DNA of 64,000 nt from Limnothrix sp. BL-A-16 (GCA_041937175.2 CP166615.1:2944001-3008000), one strand, 5' to 3'; shown: positions 9,834 through 20,416, numbered from the stretch's first letter. Notes: generated by a model from the letters alone, not told the origin. A program made the numbers and translations.

Positions 9834-11831
9834 ATGAGTGCATTCGTTGCGATCGAGAATCTCGAGAAAGTCTTTCCCCTCAACCAAGGCGAATATCTTG
9901 CCCTTAAAGGCATTGATTTAACCATTAAGAAGGGCGAGTTTGTTTCCCTGATTGGTCACTCCGGCTGCGGCAAATCTACCCTGCTGAACATGATTTCCGG
10001 GTTGGATTTTCCTACCGATGGCCTCGTCACCCTGGAAGGACAACGGATTAAGAAACCCGGGCCCGATCGGATGGTGGTGTTCCAAAACTATTCGCTGCTG
10101 CCCTGGCTAACGGCTCGCGAAAATATTGCCCTAGCCGTCGATGAAGTGATGGGTGATTTGCCCAAGGCTGAGCGCGATGCAATGGTGCAAACCCACATCG
10201 ACATGGTGGGTTTGAAACAAGCCGCCGAAAAGCGCCCCGGTCAACTGTCTGGCGGGATGAAACAACGAGTGGCAATCGCCCGAGCGCTGGCCCTCAAACC
10301 CAAGCTGTTGCTGTTGGATGAACCCTTCGGCGCACTCGATGCGTTGACTCGCGGGAATTTGCAAGAAAAGCTGATGCAAATTTGCGAGGAAAACCAAGTC
10401 ACCGCCGTGATGGTGACCCACGATGTAGATGAGGCGGTGTTGCTGAGCGATCGCATTGTCATGCTCACGAACGGCCCCGGCTCCAAGATTGGGCAAATTT
10501 TGGAAGTGGATATTCCCCGCCCTCGCAAGCGGATGGAAGTGGTGGAGCATCCCAGCTACTACAAGCTGCGATCGGAAATGATCTACTTCCTAAACCAACA
10601 GAAACGGGTGAAGAAAATCCGCGCCCGCAAGGTGGAAGTGGTCTCCAAACATGGCTTGGAAAAAGTCAATTTGGAAATTGGCTTTGTGCCCCTCACCGCC
10701 TGCGCCCCCCTGGCCGTTGCCAAAGAAAAGGGCTTCTTTGAAAAGTACGGTCTCGATGAAGTCAACCTGGTGCGGGAAACCAGTTGGCGCGGCATCGTGG
10801 ACGGGATTGCTGGGGGCTACATCGATGCGGCCCAAATGCCCTCGGGAATGCCCGTTTGGTTAACCGTTGGCGGCCATGAAGATCGCCCATTGCCCACGGT
10901 TACCTCCTTGACCATGAGCCGGAATGGGAACGCCGTCACCCTTTCCAAAAAACTGTTTGATGCGGGTATTCAAAGCGCCGCCGACTTCAAAAAGCTGCTG
11001 CGGGAAACCCCCGGGAAGTCCCACATTTTGGGCATGGTTCACCCCTCTTCGATGCACAATTTGCTGTTGCGCTATTGGCTAGCGGCAAATGACATTGACC
11101 CCGATCATGATGTGCATTTGGAAACAATTCCACCGGCTCAAATGGTGGTGGATTTGAAAGCGGGCAGCATTGACGGCTATTGCGTCGGTTCACCCTGGAA
11201 CCTGCGGGCGGCCATGGAAGGCGTGGGCGTAACGATCGCCACTGACCTGGAAATCTGGCAAGGTCACCCCGGCAAAGTCCTGGGCGTGCGCGAGGACTGG
11301 GCCAACGCTTACCCCAACACCCACGTGGCCCTCGTGAAGGCGCTGCTCGATGCTTGTCGCTACTGCTCCAATCCGGCAAACCATTTGGAAGTGCGCAAGA
11401 TTCTGAGCGATCGCGCCTATGTGGGCACCCGCGAGGAATACATCCACCTGGGCGATCCGAAGGAGCTGACCTGCGACCTGGGCAACCCGATCGAGTATGC
11501 CCACCATTGGTTCTATGGCGAAGGATCCAACCGTCCCAGCCGCACGGAACACCTGTGGATGATGGCACAGATGGCGCGTTGGGGCGATGTGCCGTTCCCG
11601 CGCAACTGGTTGGAAGTTTTGGAGCGGGTGGTGCGTCCGACCACCTACAGCATCGCAGCTCGGGAGTTGGGCTTGCTGGATGAGAAGTTCCGGCGCGGGG
11701 CGATCGAGCTGTTTGATGGTTCGGCCTTCGACGCGGAAGACCCGATCAGCTACCTAAACAGCCTGGCGATTAAGGCCAACATCTCGATCGCGGAAGTTCA
11801 CCTCGATCCGCCACGCGTGTTGGTGGCGTAA
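9834..11831 (+). CDS. cmpC: Bicarbonate ABC transporter ATPase with C-terminal CmpA-like domain
   Basis: GHSGCGKST, LSGGMKQ, LLLDEPF plus a second substrate-binding-like domain. Confidence 0.92.
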   Translation: MSAFVAIENLEKVFPLNQGEYLALKGIDLTIKKGEFVSLIGHSGCGKSTLLNMISGLDFPTDGLVTLEGQRIKKPGPDRMVVFQNYSLLPWLTARENIALAVDEVMGDLPKAERDAMVQTHIDMVGLKQAAEKRPGQLSGGMKQRVAIARALALKPKLLLLDEPFGALDALTRGNLQEKLMQICEENQVTAVMVTHDVDEAVLLSDRIVMLTNGPGSKIGQILEVDIPRPRKRMEVVEHPSYYKLRSEMIYFLNQQKRVKKIRARKVEVVSKHGLEKVNLEIGFVPLTACAPLAVAKEKGFFEKYGLDEVNLVRETSWRGIVDGIAGGYIDAAQMPSGMPVWLTVGGHEDRPLPTVTSLTMSRNGNAVTLSKKLFDAGIQSAADFKKLLRETPGKSHILGMVHPSSMHNLLLRYWLAANDIDPDHDVHLETIPPAQMVVDLKAGSIDGYCVGSPWNLRAAMEGVGVTIATDLEIWQGHPGKVLGVREDWANAYPNTHVALVKALLDACRYCSNPANHLEVRKILSDRAYVGTREEYIHLGDPKELTCDLGNPIEYAHHWFYGEGSNRPSRTEHLWMMAQMARWGDVPFPRNWLEVLERVVRPTTYSIAARELGLLDEKFRRGAIELFDGSAFDAEDPISYLNSLAIKANISIAEVHLDPPRVLVA

Positions 11832-11840
11832 ATCCCGAAA

Positions 11841-11865
11841 AGGGCGCACGGCGGTGCGCCCCTAC
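11841..11865. repeat. GTAG-type REP-like hairpin
   Basis: AGGGCGCACGGCGGTGCGCCCCTAC between cmpC and cmpD. Confidence 0.7.
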
Positions 11866-11923
11866 TGACCATCATTGCTTTGTTTTGCAATCCGAATTAA
11901 CCGATTTGTCGGAGGTTTTTAGG

Positions 11924-12763
11924 ATGTCGATCGCCACAAACAGCGCTCAAAAAGTTGCGCCGCTCCAGTCTTCCGGCACGCCCTTTCTAGAGTTCAAAGG
12001 GGTTAACAAAACCTACCCCACCGGTAAAGGCCCTTACGTCGTTTTGGATGGGGTGAACCTGACCGTTAATGAGGGTGAGTTTATCTGTGTGATCGGTCAC
12101 TCCGGTTGCGGGAAATCAACCCTGTTGAGCATGGTTTCGGGTTTTGCCCAGCCCACCCACGGCACTGTCCGCCTCAAGGGTCAAGACATCAAAAAGCCCG
12201 GGCCCGATCGGATGGTGGTGTTCCAAAACTATGCCCTGCTGCCCTGGTTGACGGTGTTTGAAAATGTCTATCTAGCGATCGATGCGGTGTTTCCCGAAAA
12301 ACCTGAACGGGAAAAGCGCGCTATGGCTCGCGACAACCTGGCCATGGTGGGTCTCAGCGAAGCCATGGAAAAGAAGCCACCGCAAATTTCCGGGGGTATG
12401 AAGCAGCGGGTTTCGATCGCCCGCGCCCTTTCCATTCAACCGGAAGTGTTGATTCTCGATGAACCCTTTGGTGCGCTGGATGCGATTACCAAGGAAGAAC
12501 TCCAAGAAGAATTGCTGAAAATTTGGAGTGGTCGCCGCTGCACGGTATTGATGATCACTCACGACATTGATGAGGCACTTTTCTTGGCCGATAAGTTGGT
12601 GATGATGACCAATGGCCCTTCGGCAAAAATCGGGGAAGTGATGGATATTCCGTTCGATCGCCCGCGCGATCGGGATCTGATCATGGAAGATCCGCGCTAT
12701 TACGATTTGCGGAACTACGCCCTCGATTACCTATTCAATCGCTACGCCCACGACGACGAATAG
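11924..12763 (+). CDS. cmpD: Bicarbonate ABC transporter ATPase
   Basis: Walker A/B, ISGGMKQ; ATG at 11924 after GGAGG. Confidence 0.92.
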   Translation: MSIATNSAQKVAPLQSSGTPFLEFKGVNKTYPTGKGPYVVLDGVNLTVNEGEFICVIGHSGCGKSTLLSMVSGFAQPTHGTVRLKGQDIKKPGPDRMVVFQNYALLPWLTVFENVYLAIDAVFPEKPEREKRAMARDNLAMVGLSEAMEKKPPQISGGMKQRVSIARALSIQPEVLILDEPFGALDAITKEELQEELLKIWSGRRCTVLMITHDIDEALFLADKLVMMTNGPSAKIGEVMDIPFDRPRDRDLIMEDPRYYDLRNYALDYLFNRYAHDDE

Positions 12764-12807
12764 GCGCGATCGGTTTTTCCAGTTTTCTCCTCAGCAACTT
12801 TGCTTCT

Positions 12808-12844
12808 TCCCCGTTTGCCCCACCAGGGCGATCGGGGATTTTTT
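12808..12844 (+). terminator. Intrinsic terminator of the cmp operon
   Basis: TCCCCGTTTGCCC-loop-GGGCGATCGGGGA followed by a T-run. Confidence 0.7.
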
Positions 12845-12885
12845 GTTAAACTAATGCTCAACAGTGAATAGCTTTCTAGCGAACC

Positions 12886-13110
12886 ATGCCCTCTTTACTA
12901 TCCAGAATCACCATCAATCCAAAGCAATGCGGCGGTCGTCCTTGTATTCGTGGAATGCGAATTCGAGTTTCAGATATCCTGGATTTATTGGCAACAGGAT
13001 TAAGTAATTCAGAAGTTTTAGAAGAACTTCCTGACTTGGAACTAGAAGATATTCAGGCAGCTCTAATTTATGCAGCTCGCAAGTTAAATCATGTGGTCTT
13101 GGTTGGGTGA
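12886..13110 (+). CDS. DUF433-family antitoxin
   Basis: RITINPKQCGGRPCIRGMRIRVSDIL..P.LE.EDI.AAL.YA signature. Confidence 0.9.
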   Translation: MPSLLSRITINPKQCGGRPCIRGMRIRVSDILDLLATGLSNSEVLEELPDLELEDIQAALIYAARKLNHVVLVG

Positions 13111-13463
13111 CAATGATTCAGACTTTGTGGCTAGATGCCCATCTTTCCCCAGCTTTAGCACCTTGGATTACTAATACATTTGATATTTCAACCCATGCCT
13201 TACGAGATGTAGGTCTTCGTGATGCAGAAGATCTGGAAATCTTTGAAGCGGCTCGCACCCAGTCAGCAGCGCTCATGACGAAAGATCGCGATTTTGTTGA
13301 GCTGGTTGAACGTCTCGGGCCGCCACCGCCCATTATTTGGCTAACTTGTGGCAACACATCCAATGCAAAACTGCGAGAGGTCTTATCGACAACCTTGCCC
13401 ACTGCATGGGAATTGCTAAAGCGGGGTGAAGCTCTTGTTGAAATTAGCGATCACGCTCTTTAA
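13107..13463 (+). CDS. DUF5615 PIN-like toxin
   Basis: LDAHLSP, D.EIF, MTKDRDF, GNTSN motifs; GTGA overlap with the DUF433 gene. Confidence 0.88.
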   Translation: MTMIQTLWLDAHLSPALAPWITNTFDISTHALRDVGLRDAEDLEIFEAARTQSAALMTKDRDFVELVERLGPPPPIIWLTCGNTSNAKLREVLSTTLPTAWELLKRGEALVEISDHAL

Positions 13464-13552
13464 CGACTCCTTAGTTCATTCTAGAATTCTCGACTTCCCA
13501 AAATCCAGCGCCCAAGGAACTCAAAAGCGATCGCCCAATATTCAAAAGCATT

Positions 13553-13620
13553 AAAAAACCGCCCGAAGCTTGTTCGAGCGGAGTGTGGTGTGAGGAGTGA
13601 ACGGAAACATGCGTCTCCGC
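13553..13620 (-). ncRNA. yfr1: Yfr1 small RNA
   Basis: Conserved ACTCCTCACAC core (minus strand 13588-13598) between two hairpins with a U-tail, TAGAAT -10 upstream, located downstream of guaB as is typical. Confidence 0.9.
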
Positions 13621-13718
13621 TATACCTCTATTCTATACGCTGCGTTTGCCTCTCGATAAGGATTGTGGCCGATCGCCCTATAAATCGAGACGAATCGACA
13701 ACCTCAGCGGGCGATCGA

Positions 13719-14882
13719 CTATTTGCCCATGCCCAACTGCTGCGCCTTCTGGTACACCTTGCCCTCGGTCAGCAGCGACGGCGCAACGGCCACCTCCACC
13801 TGCTGCATTTCCTTCAGGGTGCTGGCTCCCAAAGTGCCCATGCTGGTCTTCAGTGCGCCCAGCAGGTTGTGGGTGCCGTCGTCCAACTTCGCGGGGCCAA
13901 TCAGGATTTCTTCGAGGGTGCCCGTCGTGCCCACCTTGATCCGCGTGCCACGGGGCAACACTGGGCTGGGAGTCGCCATGCCCCAGTGGAAGCCACGACC
14001 CGGCGCACCGGCAGCCCGGGCAAAGGGCGAGCCAATCATCACCGCATCGGCTCCACAGGCGATGCACTTACAGATGTCGCCACCCGTGACCAAGCCACCA
14101 TCAGCAATGATCGGCACATATTTACCGGTCTTGGCGTGGAACTCATCGCGAGCGGCCACGCAGTCGGCCACGGCGGTGGCTTGGGGCACGCCAATGCCCA
14201 ACACACCGCGCGAGGTGCAAGCCGCACCGGGGCCAATGCCCACCAACACGGCGGCGGCTCCGGCTTCCAGCAGTTGCAGGGTCACTTCATAGGTGACGCA
14301 GTTGCCCAGGGCCACGGGCATCGGCATTTCTTTGCAGAACTTGGCCAAGTCCAGCGGGGTCACGCCTTCGGGGGAAACGTGGTTCGTGGAAACAACAGTG
14401 GCTTGGATAAAGAGGATGTCGGCTCCGGCTTCGGCGATCACGCTGCCGAATTTTTGGGCGGCGATCGGGGTGGCGCTGACGGCCGCAATGCCGCCGCCGG
14501 CCTTCATTTCCTGAATTCGCTTAGCAATCAAGGCTTCTTTGACCGGTTCGGCGTAGAGTTCTTGCATCAAGGGCACGAATTCATCTTTGCCGACGGAGGC
14601 AATCCGATCGAGGATCGGTTCGGGATCGTCGTAGCGGGTTTGGATCCCTTCCAGGTTCAACACGCCTAATGCCCCCAACTGGGCCAGCTTGATGGCGGTT
14701 TGGACATCCACCACGCCGTCCATGGCGCTGGCAATAATCGGGATCGTGCGTTCGATGCCGCCGATCGTCCAGCGGGTATCGGTGACGTTTGGATCAACGG
14801 TGCGGCCCCCCGGCACCAGGGCGATTTCATCAATACCGTAGGCCCGGCGAGCGGTTTTGCCTCGTCCCAATTGAATGTCCAC
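13719..14882 (-). CDS. guaB: IMP dehydrogenase family protein (GuaB3 type)
   Basis: ASAMDGVV, VGIGPGAACTSR, IIADGG motifs. Confidence 0.95.
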   Translation of the reverse strand: MDIQLGRGKTARRAYGIDEIALVPGGRTVDPNVTDTRWTIGGIERTIPIIASAMDGVVDVQTAIKLAQLGALGVLNLEGIQTRYDDPEPILDRIASVGKDEFVPLMQELYAEPVKEALIAKRIQEMKAGGGIAAVSATPIAAQKFGSVIAEAGADILFIQATVVSTNHVSPEGVTPLDLAKFCKEMPMPVALGNCVTYEVTLQLLEAGAAAVLVGIGPGAACTSRGVLGIGVPQATAVADCVAARDEFHAKTGKYVPIIADGGLVTGGDICKCIACGADAVMIGSPFARAAGAPGRGFHWGMATPSPVLPRGTRIKVGTTGTLEEILIGPAKLDDGTHNLLGALKTSMGTLGASTLKEMQQVEVAVAPSLLTEGKVYQKAQQLGMGK

Positions 14883-15297
14883 TGCGCTTGCTTGCTCCTT
14901 GGCTCGAATCGAGGTTTGCGATCGCTCATATAGACAACCCGAGAATTCGTTTTGCAGAGCGAATTCGGGGGGTGATTGAGCGGGTTGGCGAAATGTATTC
15001 CAGCTAGGGTATCAAATCTAGCAGACGGCGCGATCGCTTCTAGAATCTTGGGCGATCGATTCGCGATCGCCCCCTTGGCTTTCGGAGGACTGGGCCGGGA
15101 ATGGGCGGGTTGCGCGGCCCCCACAACGGTACAATTTGGGGCAGCGTTGCGGTCTGGCGCGGTTTTGCTGGCGCACGATCGCTGGTGAAATAAGGGTTTG
15201 CCCGCGTGGCTCCCTTGGTGTTGGCCGGCCCCTGGCCGACCCTGTGCTAATCACAAAAGCCGCAGTGATGTTGTCAATTGCCCCTGTGAATTGCCCT

Positions 15298-16671
15298 ATG
15301 GGTGCTGCTGAGTGGCCGGAAGTTTCTGCAACCAACGGAATCGCCACAGGTGCGATCGAACCGGAGCAATTACTCGATTTAGCCCAGCGGGCCGGTGCCG
15401 AAGCCGCTGAAGTTTATCAATCTCAGTCCCTATCGCGGCCGGTTTCCTTTGAAGCAAACCGCCTGAAGCAAATTGAAAGCGCCCAGGCCGCGGGCACGGC
15501 CTTGCGGCTTTGGAAAAATGGTCGGCCCGGCCTGGCGGTGGCCTATGGGCCCGTGGATGCCCAGGCCTTGGTGGAACGGGCGATCGCCCTCAGTGCGCTG
15601 AACGACCCGGAAGAAATTGAACTGGCTGAGAGCGCCGCCGCCGACCACTACCCAGACTTGGGCCAGGCGATCGCCGTGGAACAGTTAATTGAGTGGGGCA
15701 AAAGCGCGATCGCCCATATTCGCGATCGCCATCCCGATGTGCTCTGTTCTGCGGAGTGGGAAGCGGATGTGGAAACCACCCGATTGGTGAACTCCCGCGG
15801 CCTCGATTGTGGCTACAGCGACACCACCTTGGGCTGTTACCTATCCGCCGAGTGGGTGCGGGGCGATGACTTTTTATATGTAGCCGATGGGCAAACCCAG
15901 CGCGATCGACTCGACCCGATCGCGATCGCCCAACAGGTGGTGCAGCGGCTCGACTGGTCGCGACAAAACGCCGCCACCCTCACCGGCCGGTTGCCCGTCC
16001 TGTTCACGGCCAAAGCCGCCGACATGCTTTGGGGAACGATCCAAGCCGCCCTCAATGGCAAGCAAGCCCTCGAAGGAGCCTCGCCTTGGGGTGGGCAAAC
16101 GGGCAAGCTCGAAGGCAGCCGCCTGGGCGATCGGGTCTTGGATGGGGGAGTAACCCTGTCTCAGCAGCCCGACGAGGGGCCCTACAGTTGCCCCTTTGAT
16201 GACGAAGGCACGGCCACCCGGGCCATTGATTTTGTGAAAGACGGGGTGCTGCAAAGTTTCTACGCCGATCGCAAAACCGGCCGCCGTCTGGGCATGGGCA
16301 CCACCGGCAACGGTTTCCGGCCCGGCTTGGGCAGCTATCCGGCTCCCGGCCTGTTCAACATGGTGATTACCCCCGGCCAAGACAGTTTGGAGCAACTGAT
16401 TGCCAATTTGCCCTCGGGCCTGATCATTGACCAAATGTTGGGCGGCGGCGCAGGCATTTCTGGAGATTTCTCCGTCAATATTGACCTGGGCTTTTGGGTG
16501 GAACAGGGGCAAATTGTCGGCCGAGTCAAGGACACCATGGTGGCGGGCAATGTTTATGCAGCCTTGAAACAGGTGGTGGCTCTGGGGGGAGATGCGGAGT
16601 GGAACGGCTCTTGCTATACACCCTCGATCGTGGTGGATGGCCTGTCGATTACGGGGCGATCGGGTGATTAG
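15298..16671 (+). CDS. TldD/PmbA family protein (start uncertain)
   Basis: AEAAEVYQ..FEANRLKQ, PFDDEG, TTGNG, SGDFS motifs. Confidence 0.88.
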   Translation: MGAAEWPEVSATNGIATGAIEPEQLLDLAQRAGAEAAEVYQSQSLSRPVSFEANRLKQIESAQAAGTALRLWKNGRPGLAVAYGPVDAQALVERAIALSALNDPEEIELAESAAADHYPDLGQAIAVEQLIEWGKSAIAHIRDRHPDVLCSAEWEADVETTRLVNSRGLDCGYSDTTLGCYLSAEWVRGDDFLYVADGQTQRDRLDPIAIAQQVVQRLDWSRQNAATLTGRLPVLFTAKAADMLWGTIQAALNGKQALEGASPWGGQTGKLEGSRLGDRVLDGGVTLSQQPDEGPYSCPFDDEGTATRAIDFVKDGVLQSFYADRKTGRRLGMGTTGNGFRPGLGSYPAPGLFNMVITPGQDSLEQLIANLPSGLIIDQMLGGGAGISGDFSVNIDLGFWVEQGQIVGRVKDTMVAGNVYAALKQVVALGGDAEWNGSCYTPSIVVDGLSITGRSGD

Positions 16672-16826
16672 GCGATCGGCAGCATTCTGGCCGGATAACG
16701 GACAGGAAGGCTAACGGGCCAGCTTCCAGCGATCGCTTCCAAAAGCAAGGGCGCACCGCAATGCGCCCTCAGCTCATCTCATTTGGTTCCCGTACTTTGG
16801 CTATGCAGCCCCAGCGATCGGAACAG

Positions 16827-19676
16827 TTAGCCCACAGCCCCGGCGGTCGTCAGGGTCGATCGCAAGCTCAAGACCTGTTGCAGGCGGCGGCTTTCCAGCT
16901 CCAGCACCCGGCGGGACAGCTCGCGATCGTGATCCAGCAGGTCATCGAAGCGATCGACCGGCATCGCCAAAATCCGCGTCGGCTCCGACAGGGCCACCAC
17001 CGTGCCCGTTTGTTCCGAATGGGCCAGCACTTCCAGCTCGTCGAGCACTTGCCCCGGATGGAAGGCGGTCGGTTCTGGCTCGCCCGGGCGAGTGATTTGC
17101 GCGTCCCCTTCGATCAACACCAGCAGTTCGCGGCAGGTGTCGCCCGCTTCGACGATTTCCGCCCCGGCCCGGTAGCTGCGCACTTCCGATCGCGCCGCCA
17201 CTTCCAACAGCAATTGCCCGTTCAAATCCGCAAAGAAATCGGTGTTGGCCAAGGCTGCCAGTTTTTCCAGGGTCGGACAATCCACCAACAGTAGGGGCCG
17301 ATCGGGGTCAGCGTTCACCACCCGTTGGGCCGTGTCCGCCACGATCGGGTCAGGGGCCGCCAACCAGTCGCGGGCCATGCTGACTGCTCGGGGGCGATCG
17401 ATCCGTGCCAACCCAAACAGGGCCACCGCTTGGGCCGTGGGCGGCATTTCCACCTCACCCACCAAATGGGCCAGGTCATCGGCAATATCCGAAGCGGGCA
17501 GGTCGATCGCACAAGCGCCGCCGCCCGGGGTGTTGAGCTGCTGCCAAATCTCAGGCGCTAGGCGATCGCGCCAGCGATCGTCTGGATCGGCCAGCACATC
17601 CGGCAGGGTGACGGCGGCCAAGTTGCTGAGGGTTTGGGCAAACCGATCGGCGACCGGATCGCTGCCTAACCGCTCCAGAATTTCCAGCAGGCCGCGAATC
17701 ACCAACTCCTGCTGGTGGCGCACGGTCGATCGCAACACTGTTAATAGTGACGACAGGGCCGGCTGGGCCAGCAGTTGCGGTTGGTGCAAGCGACGGAAGC
17801 GATCAACCTCCACGGTCAGTCGCGCGATTAATCGATCGCCGCGCTGTTCCGCCGCCTGAACCCGATCGAGCTGGGCGATCGCCCGTTCTTCGTCACTGTC
17901 ACTAATCCCATATTCCAAGCGCAGGGCCGCCAACTCCTCGGGGTTAACCGCCAAGGATTCCAAGGCACTTTGGCGCGGGCCACCTCGGTTGCCTTGCAGG
18001 GCGATCGTCCGTTCCAGGGCCCGCCGATAGCCCGTCAGACGCACCAGGTTTTCCAAGCTGCGTTGGCGGCTCGGATCCAGCAGGGCCGGATCTTCCACGC
18101 CCAATTGCACCAACACTTCCCGGTGATCATCATCGGAAATATCCAACTCTTGGCGCAGTTGCCGCAACACTTCCAAGCTGCTGGCCGTGTCCGTGAAGCC
18201 TTCTTCCAAGGATTCGCGCAACACGCCTTTGTAGGCTTCCCGCCGTTGGTTTTGGGTGAAACCGGGCAGCACCTTGGCTAGCACATACAGCTCGTGGGGG
18301 TTGAGGTCATCGATCGACCGGCCCTCAAAGTATTGCGCCACATCCAACCGCATTTTCACCAGTTGCTTGCGGAAGCGGTTGGCCAAGTTCTCCAGGGAAT
18401 AGAGCCGAGGGCTACGAGACCAGGCCCGTTGCAACCAAAAGGCACTGAGCAGCACAAGGGACACATCCCACAACCACTGCACCTTGTAGGGCAGTTGGGT
18501 GATGATCGGTCGGCCGCCAAAGATAAAGAAGAAGTTGAACACCGCAAAGGTGCAAATCGTAAAAATCCGGTGTTGCAGCACTTCGCGGGGCAGTTTGGCG
18601 CTGCCGGCCCACAGTTGCCGAATCGCCCGCTCCGCCGCTAGCCCGATCGCCACCCCCAACAGGGTAAACAGCCCCAAGGTCAGGGGCACAGCCAGCAACT
18701 TGGGAATCGAGATCGCCTGGCCCGCCAGATAAAATCCGGGTTTCAGCCATTGGCCGATCGCGTCGGTTTGGCGCGCCCAATAGCCGGACATGTAGTAATT
18801 CCAGTTGCCAGCGTAGAGGTAGTAGTAGCCAAAGTAGCCCACCACCAAACCCACATAGCCGTAATAGAGCCAGCGGGTGGTGCGATCGGTGATGTCATCC
18901 CAGTACGATCGCTCGGAATCAATATCAATGCAGGGATTTTGGCAGGCCACGCAGGCGCTGCGTTCCTTGCCTTCCGGGTCGATCGTCCGGCACATGGACT
19001 GGGTGATCGGCGTTTCGCTGGTGTGGGCTTTGCTGGCAAACAGGCCGCCCGGTTCCCCATAGATCCGCTGTACCGGGGCCATGGGGCAAAAATACTGACA
19101 CCAGGATTTCCCACCATAGAAATAGCCGACGGTAATCGCGATCGCGATCGTCCCCAACAGCCAAATACCCAGGGCCAGGCGATCGGAGTTGATCACCAAA
19201 ATCCGCAAACACAGGCCCAAAAATAGCCAGCCAAATTGCAAATAGGGATAGTTGCGACCCAGCCAGGAATTGGGTTTGACCTTGGCCAGTTCCGATTTCA
19301 CCTTGCCGGTTTTCGGATCGGTTTTGGTGCGTTGCCGTTGCCAACCCAGGGCGCGGGGAATTTGCGACAGAAACGACAGGGGACAAATCCGCCGCCACAG
19401 CTCATGGCCAAACACCAACAAAATCAAAATCCCCGCCGGGACAACAATTCCCCAAAACAGGGAAGTGCCGATCGGGTAGGGCTGTTCGGGCAAGCAGTTG
19501 CCTTGCACCATCACACATCGGCTGGGGTCAACCCGAAACGGACTCCAGGTTTGCTCCCAGCGGGTCAAAACTGAGGAAAAGGGGTCATAAAACAAAGAGG
19601 CGATCGCGAGGAGCCACCCGATCGTCAGCACCCAACGAACCTGATGAAAGGTGCGTTCAGAGAAGCGAGCGAACAT
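16827..19676 (-). CDS. Multi-pass membrane Fe-S (NapH/RdxA-like) protein with HEAT-like and C-terminal cyclic-nucleotide-binding domain
   Basis: WRRICP, WCQYFCP and CVACQNPC Cys motifs among TM helices; C-terminal G.EIV.AGD..L.VL.EG..G.VLDELEVL cNMP fold. Confidence 0.8.
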   Translation of the reverse strand: MFARFSERTFHQVRWVLTIGWLLAIASLFYDPFSSVLTRWEQTWSPFRVDPSRCVMVQGNCLPEQPYPIGTSLFWGIVVPAGILILLVFGHELWRRICPLSFLSQIPRALGWQRQRTKTDPKTGKVKSELAKVKPNSWLGRNYPYLQFGWLFLGLCLRILVINSDRLALGIWLLGTIAIAITVGYFYGGKSWCQYFCPMAPVQRIYGEPGGLFASKAHTSETPITQSMCRTIDPEGKERSACVACQNPCIDIDSERSYWDDITDRTTRWLYYGYVGLVVGYFGYYYLYAGNWNYYMSGYWARQTDAIGQWLKPGFYLAGQAISIPKLLAVPLTLGLFTLLGVAIGLAAERAIRQLWAGSAKLPREVLQHRIFTICTFAVFNFFFIFGGRPIITQLPYKVQWLWDVSLVLLSAFWLQRAWSRSPRLYSLENLANRFRKQLVKMRLDVAQYFEGRSIDDLNPHELYVLAKVLPGFTQNQRREAYKGVLRESLEEGFTDTASSLEVLRQLRQELDISDDDHREVLVQLGVEDPALLDPSRQRSLENLVRLTGYRRALERTIALQGNRGGPRQSALESLAVNPEELAALRLEYGISDSDEERAIAQLDRVQAAEQRGDRLIARLTVEVDRFRRLHQPQLLAQPALSSLLTVLRSTVRHQQELVIRGLLEILERLGSDPVADRFAQTLSNLAAVTLPDVLADPDDRWRDRLAPEIWQQLNTPGGGACAIDLPASDIADDLAHLVGEVEMPPTAQAVALFGLARIDRPRAVSMARDWLAAPDPIVADTAQRVVNADPDRPLLLVDCPTLEKLAALANTDFFADLNGQLLLEVAARSEVRSYRAGAEIVEAGDTCRELLVLIEGDAQITRPGEPEPTAFHPGQVLDELEVLAHSEQTGTVVALSEPTRILAMPVDRFDDLLDHDRELSRRVLELESRRLQQVLSLRSTLTTAGAVG

Positions 19677-19831
19677 GAGTTTTTTGAGCGAAATAGGGGA
19701 GTAATGAAAACGAAATCAGGCCAATGAATCCTGCTATCAACGCACAGAACGAGGTGCAGGGCCCGCCCCGCACCTCAATCTTAAAAAATCGCTATTACAA
19801 GTTGGGAAGCGGTGGCTCCTCTGCCGGTCTC

Positions 19832-20413
19832 CTAACGATTGAGCCGATCGAGGGCGAGATTCAGCTTCAGCACATTCACCCCCGGTTCACCCATCAGGTT
19901 CAAGAAGGGGCGATCGGTGGCTTGGTCAATCAGGCTCCGCAGTTGGTCGGGGGCCAGTTGGCGGGCGCGGGCCACGCGATCGAGCTGGGCGATCGCGCTG
20001 GCGGGGCTGATATGTGGATCGAGACCCGAGCCGGAACTATAGAGCAAATCGCCCGGGGGTTCGATGCCAGTTTGTTGGATGCGCTGTTTTTCCGTGGTGA
20101 TCCGTTCCGCGAGGGCCGGGTTGGTGGGAGCCAGGTTGCTTGCGCCGGAAATACCGGTTTTGGCCACCTGGGGATCGGTGCTGTAGGCGATCGCGCTGGG
20201 GCGGGGCCAAAAGTAGCGATCGCTCGCAAAGGGCTGACCAATCAGGGCTGACCCGATCACCTGGCCTTGGTCGTTCGTCAGCAGGCTGCCATTGGCCTGG
20301 AACGGCAGGGCCGCCCCCGCCAGCAGCAGAATCACCGGGTAAATCACCGCCGTCAACAACCACAGGGCCGCCGACAGTCGCAGCGATCGCCCCATTTCGC
20401 GTAGGAAGTCCAT
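19832..20413 (-). CDS. kdpC: K+-transporting ATPase subunit C
   Basis: QANGSL, GSALIGQPF..YFWPRPS, SGASNLAP, SGSGLDPHIS. Confidence 0.95.
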   Translation of the reverse strand: MDFLREMGRSLRLSAALWLLTAVIYPVILLLAGAALPFQANGSLLTNDQGQVIGSALIGQPFASDRYFWPRPSAIAYSTDPQVAKTGISGASNLAPTNPALAERITTEKQRIQQTGIEPPGDLLYSSGSGLDPHISPASAIAQLDRVARARQLAPDQLRSLIDQATDRPFLNLMGEPGVNVLKLNLALDRLNR

Positions 20414-20416
20414 GAT

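Noticed and set aside
7435..12763. nrtABCD nitrate transporter
   Set aside because: The binding protein has CmpA-type motifs, and no nirA/narB is adjacent
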